DNA from: Octopus bimaculoides
Taxonomy: Eukaryota
DNA: 38,023 nucleotides
Assembly (NCBI RefSeq): GCF_001194135.2
Contig: NC_068996.1
Span: 13,663,222 to 13,701,244, forward strand
Direction of reading: 5' to 3'
In this document: positions 10,751 to 22,523 of the stretch, piece by piece
Numbering within the stretch: position 1 is the stretch's first letter
Layout: each line of letters opens with the position of its first letter
Made by a program: the position numbers and the translations under genes
The notes under the pieces: model-generated
What the model saw: the letters and a program-made list of their open reading frames with translations, nothing else
Database searches by the model: none
Told to the model about the DNA's origin: nothing

Positions 10751-12371
10751 TCATACATATGTATGTGTGTATGAATATGTATGTGTAAATATAAAACACA
10801 AAGAAGAATGGAGAATTATATATTTTTTACCTCATGATTTTTAATCTATTAATCGCTTACGCGTGTTTCAGATAGGCTTGCATTACGTAATAATATTATG
10901 TCTTAATTTTGCACTTAAATCAATCCATAATTAACCGACTAATGTATTACATCGTGCCGGGAAATCGACAATAACCCAACCTCCTCAGGGTGTTTACTCT
11001 GCGAAGAATACAGAACTTACAATTATCAGGTTGTAATATAAATTGCCCTTTGCTGTCCAAAGCTAGCGATTGGTAAAGGGAAATATAGTGATTATAAAAA
11101 TCAACGCAAAGTGTTTGAGGTGGTAGTGAACTTTGATACTATAAGAGTTTCTATAGTAGTAAAGAACTTGCTAGTGTCTGTTATCACCAATTGGTAAAAT
11201 AAAGTATAATAAACATAACAATTATATCAAATAAGATTGAAGTGGTTTAAAAACATGGTACTGCAAGACCTTCAGCTGTACTTAAACTTTCACTGGCCCA
11301 GGTTAAAATAGAAAAAACAAACGAATAAGGTGAATAAATGCCTAGTAGTATCAACATATATTATTATTCAGGTTTGTTAAGTTGTTAATATTAATGCTCA
11401 TAGGAAAAGGTGCTATCGTGGAAGGTAAATTAGTTAATTACTGTTACAAAGAGAAAAGTAATCTATGATCAAAATTTCATTTTTAATAAACTATAATCTT
11501 TTGGTGAGAGAGTATTTCAAAATGAAATCATTTAAGGATAAAAAGGAAAAAAACATTAACAAGGAAAATGTAAACCGAAAGGTTCAGCTATAGATAAAAT
11601 ACAATGAATTAGATTAATAAATCGATGGGCGAGTTAGAATGATGGAAATTAACCATAGTTAAAATTACTGTTATAAGTAAATGCATTGACTTAATAATTA
11701 CGTAGAATATCCAAAACAATTTTAAAACCATTAAAACCAAGTGAAAGACTTGGGATATTAATTAAATCCAAATAATAAGAGAATACAGTATGTGTAAAAA
11801 GAGATAGTAGTGATATTATAATATTAAATTAACTTAAGTTAGGTTTTCAATTCAGTACTTCTTAGTGTAAGAATGAAAGCAACGCTATGTCAAAGGGAAT
11901 TTAAAATTAAAAAGCTAGTATTATCTAGTTAGGTATATTAAAGATATATTGAACCTCCAGCATGATCAAAAATCTGTCGTTACAGCAGATATTAGTGAAG
12001 TATTAAAAGGTGCTTCTAAATAAACGTGGACATCTTAATTTTAATTAATTTTTTCGACTTGATAATTTGGCATTGGAAGTTACAATTTGAAAAACATTCC
12101 TCAAGGCATGTCAAATTTTAATTCCCCACCGGCATACGGTAATGTACTGCTAGTAATGGGCCATCTAATATATTTGGTATTTTTCTCATTCGGGCTCTAA
12201 GTATATTTATTTAGAGAAGTGATTATAAAATTTCGCCTTAAAGTTGTTGTACAACAACCTAAGGTATGGTTATTAGTCGGGTTAATTAAATTCACACTAT
12301 CAAACTCCATTAACATATGTGCATTATGTGCAGTTATAATTTGAGCCAAGTTCCGTGTGGTGGAAAAGGCA

Positions 12372-12477
12372 AATGTATGTATGTATGTATGTATGTATGT
12401 ATGTATGTATGTATGTATGTATGCATGCATGTATGTATGCATGTATGTATGTATGTGTGTGTATGTATGTATGTATG

Positions 12478-12511
<34 letters not shown>

Positions 12512-12573
12512 TGTATGTATGCATGCGTGTATGTATGCATGTATGTATGTATGTGTGTATGTATGTATGTATG

Positions 12574-12607
<34 letters not shown>

Positions 12608-12635
12608 TGTATGTATGTATGTATGCATGCATGCG
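12372..12635. repeat. (ATGT)n tetranucleotide array with about 100-bp higher-order periodicity
   Basis: Variant blocks GCATGC(A/G)TG, GTGTGT and ATATAT recur in order near 12423, 12521 and 12625. Confidence 0.9.
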
Positions 12636-12959
12636 CGGTGAGTAATATTTTATATTTCAAAGTTAAACAGCGTAACATATTTGTTTAATGGAGCAAATCC
12701 AGAGCAGTGAAAATTTCCCAGGTATATTTGTGGCTATTTAAACCCCGTATGGTGCATTATACTAAGTAATCTGCGTTATTCGGGCTCTCCGTTTTCCTGG
12801 AAACTTAGTGTTATTATTATACCTTCCAATCTTAGTGTTATGTTTTTAACTATTCGTATCTACCCTTCTCATTAATTTTATTTCTAATGTGGTATTTGCT
12901 ATTTGTTGTCTTATAATGTCCTCCCTTATTATAATTAGCTCGATTATAAGACACATTAT

Positions 12960-13140
12960 TTCTTTTACCACTATAACCACTATCACCACCACCACTACCA
13001 CCGCCGCCGCCACCACCAAAACCCACCACCATCAGCATCACTACCTTCAATTCCATCAAAATTATTAATATTATTGTTATTGGCACTATCACTAGCAGTA
13101 GCAGAAGTAGTGGTGTCATTTTCCTTAGCCTTATCATTCC
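12960..13140. repeat. (CAC/CAT/TAG)-type trinucleotide low-complexity tract
   Basis: CCACCA/CCGCCG/CATCA runs; source of the Gly-rich ORF 12850-13137. Confidence 0.8.
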
Positions 13141-13160
13141 TAGTTTTCTTAGAATAGTTA

Positions 13161-13755
13161 TGAGGGTTGTATGAAAAGTCTTGAGCCTAAAAAAAAAAAA
13201 AAAATAAATAAAACATAGTACAAGACTTCTGATGATTTATTTTTCAACATAGTCCCCCTCGATGGATGAATACTTTCTCCAGCGGTGCTGAAGTGCCATT
13301 ATCCCGGCGTAAGGAACTCTTTTCTTTGAGACTCTAAGAAACTTTCTTCGGTGACTATGACGTCATTGTCACTGGCAAAATGGCGACCAGCCAGGGTTTT
13401 TTCATTTTGGGAAATAGATGAAAATCAGAGGGGGCTAAGTCTGGCGAATAAGGCGGATGGGGAACAAATTCGTTTCCACAATCACGAATTCTGGCACGGC
13501 AACCACTGAGGTGTGGGCCGGAGCATCGTCGTGATTAAAAATGACTCCTCTGGTGAGCATTGCCGGCCTTTTTTCCTTAATTGCTTCTCCGTGGGGTTTC
13601 AGTAGCCGAGAATAATACAGCCCTGTCACGGTGTGACCCTTTTCAAGGTAATCGATCAACAAGACAACTTGAGAATCCCCCAAAACTGACGCTATGACCT
13701 TGTCAGCTGAAGGAATGACCCTGGCCTTCTTTAGGGTAGGAGAAGATGTCTGGTT
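13161..13755 (-). mobile_element. 5'-truncated mariner transposon (catalytic and C-terminal half)
   Basis: TA|TGAGGGTTGTATGAAAAGT end; minus-strand peptides SPTLKKARVIPSADKV (V..L linker), LLIDYLEKGHTV..YY, HDDAPAH (HDNA motif), and the YSPDLAPSDFHLFP motif. Confidence 0.92.
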
Positions 13756-16700
13756 CTAACTTCTCTAAAACTGCGATCAGCATATTCATAGACATGCTTA
13801 TGGCTCATTGTAGCCTCGTCAGTAACCAGCAACCTCGCCTTTTGGAAAAGTTCTTCTCTGGAATCACTTATTTTCATGTGGCATATAGATTCATCTGTAA
13901 TTCTCAGTAGAATACTGCATCTGAAGTGCAAAGTTTGTCTATTTTCCAGCAGGGTGGCAGCAATTCCAAGGACGGCAGTGAAATCAGATCGACTGTGTAA
14001 GTTTTCCCAGAGCCACCACTTGCATTCAAGCGAAATATTTTTATTTTTCCCTCCTTGTTTATAACTGATCCAATAACTTGGTCAAAGATATACTTCTGTT
14101 CACCATTTAGTGTTGGATACATCTCGAAAACTCAGTCATGGAGAACATCTTTATCAAAATTGAGCTCTTCCTGCAGTATCATTGGCAGAATTTCTAGTTC
14201 ACTTTCAAAGTCTGGCTCTGGAAGACCAAGATTTGCCATTGTAACTTCTTTGGCCAATCTAGTTTCACTTTTATTTGTCATCACACAATGCATTCTTGTA
14301 TCTTTTCCATAAACCTTTGGCACCATGTGGCCGACAGATGAGGAGAACAGTACAAAATACGTGTCTTAGCTGGTCACTGAAACAGTGATGTTTGGTTTTA
14401 ACGAATCTTCTAATGATTTCGTCATCGTTTTTGTAAAAGTCCCAGCTTTGTGCACGCATCTTGGTAGTTGAATCATAGATCACCATTAACAGTCCGGAAG
14501 TCAGCGTATGATTAGAGACTTCTGACGTGATGCAGCAGCATCCTCATGTAATACAATTCCTTCTGCCGGACATTGTAAGCGACAATCGAAATGCGACCAA
14601 TAGTACTGACTTCATAGTTTCCATCTTCCATGATTGTTCCCCTTTTCTTCTTTTGCTACTTCTCTTTTTTTAAATTTAAAGTGTAAATTCTTCGGGATTT
14701 CAGTTTATAGCTTATCTCTAGCGTCTGAGCCATATTTATTTAATGTGAAAAGCTCAGTCAAAGTTGTTTTTGCTTGGCAAGCTCAAGGTTTTCAGGCAGC
14801 TCATCGTCATAAGTAAGAGATTGTTGATTTTTCAAATGGTATGAAAGATTTATGACAGTCGGTTGTCTGGAATGGATTGGAAATCTGAATATCTTCGAAA
14901 TTGCCTCACCAAATGAGATTTATCTTGTATTTTGGTGAGTGTCAATTTCATTGTCAACCACTTTAAGGCTTGAATTGTTAAACTCTTCAGGCGTTCCAAT
15001 TGTTTCATACTGCTTCACTGGATTTAAACATTGACTCAGGCCTCCTACTGAGGTACTTGAAAAGATATTTCACTGCCAGTTCAGTGTGCACAACCTCAAT
15101 ATTTAGATGACAGTTGTAGCGGAGTTGTATGTCATTATGAACCTATTATCTACTTCAGTAGATGTCCGAGTAGTTCTAATAATGTGTGTCCTGCCTCCAG
15201 ATCGACGTCTATATTCTGGATAGGCGTCTTAATTCACAAATGTGGTTCTTCTGCATTGTTTGGGAAATGATTTCGTGCATTTTGGTGGATCACCATCCAC
15301 GCATGGACTTTTTGGATTATAGCATCCACATGGTCCGTGAAAGTTGTTTTTTTACACAATCTCTAATAGTTCTCGATTCATATCCCTATCTGGTACCTCC
15401 GCATATACAACTCAACTCGATCAATGATTTCTGGATTTCTGGCTCTAAAGAGCAATATGTGGACAAGTGGCAAACTTTTCTAATTAGAACCATTCAAGCT
15501 TGGAAACACCCACAGTAAAATAGAGGAGATCCAGTCTGTGATGGCGGAAGAATGATTTTAGACCCTACGTTATTCATGTCACCATTTGCAATAGCATTCA
15601 GAAGGCCCTGATACTTTTCAGGAAGTGTAATCGATCTTGCTCTATCTTTGCATATTGAACCACTGCATGTTATTGCGTCAGACACCTACTTTTTATTATG
15701 CCATTGAACTCCTCCTTTCTTACCCGAAGCCGATAAGAATAAAAGTCACGTTCAGTGATGTTTTTGCTTGGGTCATTGTCCTTCAAGAGCACACTCCAGC
15801 CCTCTTCCCCATAGGGAAACAGAAGTACATAAGGAAGAGGGTCATAGCTTCTGTGTATTTGACTAATGTAGTCTCACTTCCCATTACTCTCTCTGTACTG
15901 CACAACAACATCCACAGGTTTAATGTTTGGATTATTGGTATCATCTCCCACCATGATCACAGCAACTTCTGACACAGTTGGTGGATTATAAGTTCTCTCA
16001 TGTGACCCGGCGGGAATAGGCCATTTGTCATGACTTATAATAATCTTACTGGTAGAAAATGATCCTGGTGCAGGGTATTTCTTAATTACATCAATAGCCT
16101 GTTTAAAACTTTTGACATAAGGATTGTCCATATGCAGTGCACTCTGCACGTTTAGCAGGATGTTCTCATTAAGATAGTTGTCAGCTCCTCTGAATGACTA
16201 CCTGTTTCTCATTTCATTTTCAGTGTCAACGGAATATAGATGTGCGTAGCCCGGTTTTCTATTTACTGCTGGTATGAGACTTACTATGCAGTAGTACAAC
16301 TTTCCCTGAATCTTGAAAGTAGGCATAAAAGTGCTACCATGCAGTGATCCAGCTGGTGGATTATCCTGTGCAAGTGAAGTCGTAGCCAGTGAATTATTGT
16401 AGTCACGAATTTTGTTCAGAAACATTTGACTACATAGATGAACATCATAGTACTTAACTATTAATTCTGGGCTTCTTTTTTATCTGTGGAACTTTGTGAT
16501 TTCTAATTTTTCCTTTGCCACAACAGAAGGTAGATTTCCCAGCACCCACAAAGGTAAACTTTGCAGTCAGGGTATGTTCTGTTAAAAACGTTTCCACAGT
16601 AGTGCTATATAAGGCTTGGGTTTCGTTCTTTCTCATGAAAATCTGCCACATCAACTTCCATAGCCACTCTCACAGTGTCAGTTCTTTGATGAGGAAGACC

Positions 16701-17114
16701 CGATTGGCATCATGCCTGGTTGTTTGCTTGTCGCTGCTGATTTTGTGCTAGTGACGTGTTTCCTTAGAGTCCTGTTTACTCAGCCTATCAGTATTTCTCC
16801 ATGCTACTTTTTTCTTGTGATGTTTCCATTGCACGGCTTTTTTGTGTTCTCAGCCGATTCACATTCCTCTATTTTTTCTGGTCTTTCCATTGCACGGGTT
16901 TCTTATCTCCTCAGCTGATCTGCATTTCTCCCTGTGCCTTCAGGCGTTTCCATTTCACGGGTTTCTTGATTCCTCCTTCGCTTTATTTTGAGACACCGAG
17001 AAGAGCTAGGTTTTGTCTGTTTTCTATGATTATCGTCTCTTGTCTTTGCTCAGCGATCATATGTGACCAGGAATTTTTTCGGGATAGGTTGTTGCCCTTT
17101 CTTTTTCTTGGCAT
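13755..17114 (-). pseudogene. Helitron RepHel (HUH replication initiator plus PIF1-type SF1 helicase), frameshifted
   Basis: MPRKRK start at 17114; CCGKGK; IRDYNNSLATTS; FKIQGKLYY; YAHLYSVDTENE; TYNPPTVSEVAV; YDPLPYVLLFPYGEEGW; IILPPSQTGSP; KCTKSFPK; YPEYRRRS; YNCHLNIEV..VKYLFKY; FRTVNG; Walker A ASGGSGKT; GIAATLL; LLVTDEATM (DE motif). Many stops and frameshifts. Confidence 0.95.
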
Positions 17115-17266
17115 AGTGTACTGATGAAAGCGTGAGTACTTATAACAACTATACAGTGAAAGTTTTGAGACGATTCAGCTAGTATTTGAGCCAATTTCTC
17201 TGAAGGGAAGTTTCACGGTATTTACTTTAAAAATTTACGTTGGGTTTTTATTTACAATTATTTTAA

Positions 17267-17639
17267 AGTGAGATTTTTATGTTGCTGAATTGCTGTAAAC
17301 GAATTTGACCATAAAAATGTCGGAAATTTAGTATTTTTAAGGTAATAATAAAATTAGTCAAACCTATTTTCATGCAGTCGAATGCACAAAGTTTCCGAAA
17401 TTTTCATACTTTTTACGTCTGCTATTTCAGAATTCTATGCATACGTGAAACATCAGACGACAGTACATTCAATAACATATTCATACATGCAATGACGTAA
17501 AGAGGCATAAGAATAGTTCCGAGGGCCGACGGAATGAAAATAGGTCCGACAAATTTTATTAATATCTCAAAAAATACTAAATTTCCAACAATTTTATGGT
17601 CAAATTCGTTTAGAGCAATTCAATAACAAGAATCGCACT
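17267..17639. mobile_element. Non-autonomous TIR element (MITE) with TTAA target duplication, Kolobok-like ends
   Basis: TTAA|AGTG...CACT|TTAA; about 113-bp imperfect TIRs (17267-17380 / 17527-17639). TTAA with purine-purine termini fits Kolobok rather than piggyBac. Confidence 0.8.
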
Positions 17640-17659
17640 TTAAGATAGTGTTTAGCGAG

Positions 17660-18028
17660 TATGGTGTAATTGTAATTTTCATTGATGACTAACATTATTT
17701 TTGTGTTGTTTTGTTTTCAAAATGACGCTGATAGGAACGTTTGAAAGAACGCAACCGGTTAAGAGAGAATGACGTAAGAGAAGTAATAAATATGTGTGTG
17801 AGAGAGAGAGTTATGAGAGGTAACGTTGTATGAGAGAGTGAGTTCAATACATAATATATATATATATATATATATATATANNNNNNNNNNNNNNNNNNNN
17901 NNNNNNNNNNNNNNNNNNNNNNNTATGGTGTAATTGTAATTTTCATTGATGACTAACATTATTTTTGTGTTGTTTTGTTTTCAAAATGACGCTGATAGGA
18001 ACGTTTGAAAGAACGCAACCGGTTAAGA
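17660..18028. repeat. 105-bp identical direct duplication across a 43-N gap (17660-17764 / 17924-18028)
   Basis: Identical for 105 bp, then clearly related but diverged GA-rich continuations. Confidence 0.9.
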
Positions 18029-18734
18029 AAGAGTGAGTTAAGAGAAGCAGTGAATATATAGGAGAGAGAGTATGAGTTATGAGAAGTAACTTTGTATGCA
18101 ATCTATCAATTACTACTCCTCACGCTACAGCTCTTAGTAAGAGGTAGTAAGCATGAGGAATGATAGTAGAGTCATTGAATAGTGAGAGAGGGGCAATTCG
18201 TTTTGTCAGATTTTACCAGACTGAACCCAGACGGGTTAATTTTCGTGAATCCCATATAGATGTTGATACTCTCAGGGTACCCACGGTCCCTCATGTCAAG
18301 TTTGGTCGAAATAAGTCCAGTGGTTGCGGAGGGGTTAGGTAGCAAAATTTTGACATAGACACACCGGAATTATAGTATAGACAGATGAATACGCTCAATG
18401 AGTTTCTGTAATTTTCAAAGCTGTACGACATAAAACACGTAGAGCTGCGTCTGAGACTGTATCATTTTTGGCCATAGTTCCAAAAAATCGTTTGTTTTTA
18501 TACAGAGATTGTGGCTTAGATCGCAATCAGTTTAACTTACAGCTTAAATAGCTGAAGATGGTCACATGGTAAAGTAAGGGAATTATGGGTCCGTTTTCTG
18601 GTATGCCTCAGTGTTAAGGTCATGTGAGTAGCACGCGTAGATAACTCCAAAGGTTTTATGTGCTTTTCGATGTATTCCAAAGATAATTCTTTCACGTTGT
18701 CTCGAAAGTTTATAAAATTCTTTTACACACACAT

Positions 18735-18813
<79 letters not shown>

Positions 18814-18980
18814 ATAAAAATAATGATTACTTCGAAGTAGCAATAACATTATCCTTAATTCGATAATTATATTCCGCCATTAAGACCAACTTATGTTTCA
18901 ATTGCACCGATTATCAAACGTTGAAATTGCATCCCTATTATAAAACGATGCAATCTCTTCAGGGCTTTAACTAATATATA

Positions 18981-19215
18981 GGCGCAGGCGTGACAGTGTC
19001 TTAAGAAATTTGCTTCCCAACCACATGGTTCCGGGTTCAGTCCCACTGCGTGGCACCGTGGGCAAGTGTCTTCTACTATAGCTTCGGGTCAACCAAAGGC
19101 TTGTAAGTGGATTTGGTAGATGGAAACTGAAAGAAGCCCGCCGTATATATATATATATGCACCAGCATGACCGCAGCCACTTGGCTGAAACACATAAATA
19201 AATAAATATGTGTGT

Positions 19216-19268
<53 letters not shown>

Positions 19269-19460
19269 TATGTTTGTCAACCTTGACAAACGATGTTGGC
19301 GTGTTTACGTCTCTGTAACCTAGTGGTAAGACAAAAGGGCCTGATAGAATGAGTACAAGGCTTACAAAAGATAAGTCCTGAGGTCGATTTGTTCGACAAA
19401 AGGCGGTGCTACAGCATGGCTGCAGTCAAATGACTGGAACAAGTAAAAGAATAAAAGAAA
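18981..19460 (+). mobile_element. Main CORE-type SINE, near full length, with an extra internal tail segment
   Basis: Same head, core and tail as 24003-24443; an additional GCACCAGCATGACCGCAG..GGCTGAAAC tail piece at about 19159-19195. Confidence 0.9.
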
Positions 19461-19490
19461 CAATATATATATATTTCTATACATATGCAT

Positions 19491-19535
<45 letters not shown>

Positions 19536-20149
19536 CTTACACACGAAATACACAGACGAAATATATATATATATTTATATATATATTGTTGTCTCTGAGG
19601 AGAGTCATTCTCTTTCAGTGCCGTATTATTTAACACGTTCACCAGTTCAGTTTTCCTTTATTTACTTTAGATCTTTGGAAAATTTTCGTTGCGTCTTGCA
19701 ACCTTTTCAATAGTCATTGACTCTGTCCATTCTCCGAGCTGCGTTCCTTTTGTTTGCTTGTGCGCATGTGTGTGGGTCAGTGTTTGAGACTTCATTTGCA
19801 TATGTACCTGTGTATGTGTGCTTGTCTGTTCATATTACCTATGTACCTATCTATCAGTATGACTATCTGTTTACATTCTTATCCATTTATCTATATATAC
19901 ATGCATATACATATATACATCTACGTAAACACACTCACATATACACATACAAGCACATACGCATACATATGTCTACATAACAGCCCAGTAATTATTCTAC
20001 CTGTGTATATATATAAACTGGGTGTGGAGGGATGGCTACCTACTACGTATATTTCCTATTTAGTACTGGGAAAGTTTTATTTATGAGGGCGTACTACTGT
20101 ATTTGTCTGAGTGTTGGGTACTTCGGATGCTAGGATAAAACACGGATGT

Positions 20150-20480
20150 CAAGTTGACCCAGATGCCTCCATGTTGGTCTAGTATATGAACGATCTTAAA
20201 GAATCACATAGTAAAATTTAACAGGAAACTATACATGCAGGTTCAAAGTGTAGCCATTGGTCTCGATGTAGCTAGTGATGTGGCCGATCTCTTCATGACC
20301 TGGTGGGACAGAAAACTTTAACAATCCTTAGCAGAACAGTCCACAACTCTTTTATTTTACTATATGTATGTAGACGTCATTAATATTCTAATGAAGACGA
20401 ACTCTAGTAACGGTAATGCAGACACCGAGAAACATAATTGAGAACATCCAACATGTAGCTAACTCCATCCACCAAAAATA
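20150..20480 (+). pseudogene. PLE reverse transcriptase fragment, possibly Naiad-like
   Basis: NHIVKFNRKLYMQVQSVAIGLDVASDVADLFMTWWDRKL*..YYMYVDV..VANSIH resembles the QxxGxAIGL..A..FM.WWD..YVDD..IANSIH type of PLE RT. The clade label is from memory. Confidence 0.7.
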
Positions 20481-20528
20481 TATTTTATGAAGTTTTTGTA
20501 GCTTTAATAATAAAGTATATATATAGTT

Positions 20529-21189
20529 GGAATTTACAAAAAACAAAAGACGAAGACAGGTGTGTAAACAACTAACAAGTGTATTAGTTTAACGATAGGG
20601 AAGGTGAGAAAGTCTTTTACGTTTCGAACTTACGCTCTTCAACAGAGAAAATAAACGGAGAGATAATAAAGAAAGCTTTAGTGATTAGTGGTCGACCATG
20701 GTGATGGCTGGACGGAGATGGTCAGACAGGAGAACTAGGAAGAGGGGAAGATAATAAAGTAGAGGTGATCCCAAAACGAAGGTGCGCGTGCGTGTGTATG
20801 TGAGACTGCTGGTAAAAATCACCCGCGAACGAGAAGCAGTTAAGTGAGACAAGTTCGGCCAAACGAAGAAGTGTTGATGTGTCAAGTTGGGGATTAGGTC
20901 GACGGTCAAGGTAGTGTTAGAGTGCACGAAACCCCTCGTGGTGAGGAATCACCGTGTATAGGCTCTTGATGTCGAGAGTGAAGAGAAGTTTAGAGGGGCC
21001 AGGAGGGAAGGAGAAAGAGTTGAACAGACAAAGAGCATAGTTAATGTTGTGGATGTGAGAGGGGAGGGAAGCTACTAGGGGGGCAAGGATACGGTCGAGG
21101 TATTTGAAGATGAGTTCCGTGGGGCAGTCGCGTCGCAGGCGGAAACGATTGGGCGGTCAGGGTTGTTAAGTTTGTAGATTTTGGGAAGG
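20529..21189 (-). mobile_element. Internally deleted Penelope/Poseidon-type PLE: RT fragment joined to the 3' terminal repeat
   Basis: LPKIYKLNNPDRPIVSAC; LVASLPSHI; LFTLDIKSLYTVIPHHEG; TLLRLAELV.LNCFSF (frameshifted). 20529-20810 is homologous to 37565-37850. The 5' part is in the gap. Confidence 0.9.
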
Positions 21190-21621
21190 NNNNNNNNNNN
21201 NNNNNNNNNNNNNNNNNNNNNNNNNNNNNNNNNNNNNNNNNNNNNNNNNNNNNNNNNNNNNNNNNNNNNNNNNNNNNNNNNNNNNNNNNNNNNNNNNNNN
21301 NNNNNNNNNNNNNNNNNNNNNNNNNNNNNNNNNNNNNNNNNNNNNNNNNNNNNNNNNNNNNNNNNNNNNNNNNNNNNNNNNNNNNNNNNNNNNNNNNNNN
21401 NNNNNNNNNNNNNNNNNNNNNNNNNNNNNNNNNNNNNNNNNNNNNNNNNNNNNNNNNNNNNNNNNNNNNNNNNNNNNNNNNNNNNNNNNNNNNNNNNNNN
21501 NNNNNNNNNNNNNNNNNNNNNNNNNNNNNNNNNNNNNNNNNNNNNNNNNNNNNNNNNNNNNNNNNNNNNNNNNNNNNNNNNNNNNNNNNNNNNNNNNNNN
21601 NNNNNNNNNNNNNNNNNNNNN

Positions 21622-21665
<44 letters not shown>

Positions 21666-22429
21666 TATATACATGTATACATGTATGTATTTATGCATGT
21701 ATGCATGTATGTATCTATGTATGTACGTATGTACGTATGTATGCATATATATTTTGGGCTTCTGTTACTGCACTTCATCTGTGTTACAGCACAGTCCTTA
21801 TGTACAAACTTTCACTCACAGTGTATCGATCAACCCGATGCTAACAAAAGTGTCTTGTTAATGCCATGTGGATACAGCACATACATTTAAAAACTGACAT
21901 ATTATCGGTCCATATGGCCGTGTGATGGAACGACATATCATTACGTGTAGGCAAAAAGTTTGCTCATTTACATATACATACACACATACATACAAACTAA
22001 AACAAAAGCTAACGCTTACTGATGTCTGCACGTAGCCACATAAACAATTAACAGAATCCACACGTACACATAAACATATGTATATGTACAGCTATATCTA
22101 TATATTTATATACATTTGCGTGTGTGCGTGTATATATATATATATATATANNNNNNNNNNNNNNNNNNNNNNNNNNNNNNNNNNNNNNNNNNNNNNNNNN
22201 NNNNNNNNNNNNNNNNNNNNNNNNNNNNNNNNNNNNNNNNNNNNNNNNNNNNNNNNNNNNNNNNNNNNNNNNNNNNNNNNNNNNNNNNNNNNNNNNNNNN
22301 NNNNNNNNNNNNNNNNNNNNNNNNNNNNNNNNNNNNNNNNNNNNNNNNNNNNNNNNNNNNNNNNNNNNNNNNNNNNNNNNNNNNNNNNNNNNNNNNNNNN
22401 NNNNNNNNNNNNNNNNNNNNNNNATATTT

Positions 22430-22523
<94 letters not shown>

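Larger units (their letters stand above)
13755..18385 (-). mobile_element. Helitron, 5' end present, 3' end lost
   Basis: Putative 5' terminus A|TCTGTCTATACTATAATT.. at 18385, followed by a leader and a disrupted Rep/helicase ORF in the same orientation. No 3' hairpin or CTRR found; the helicase stops at the mariner junction. The 5' boundary is less certain than the coding part. Confidence 0.8.

Noticed and set aside
11800-12370. Possible mitochondrial insertion (EAPF, HV..EAP and R.LA..MTAH resemblances to COX3, ND4 and ATP6)
   Set aside because: The motifs are short, point to different genes and have wrong spacing.
12850-13137. Gly-rich ORF with a hydrophobic N-terminus resembling a secreted glycine-rich protein
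   Set aside because: Explained by trinucleotide low-complexity sequence; no splice or homology support.
13795-13825. Minus-strand CTGACGA-GGCT-ACAATG-AGCC hammerhead look-alike
   Set aside because: No GAAA after the stem; it is the codon sequence of the Helitron helicase DEATMSH motif.
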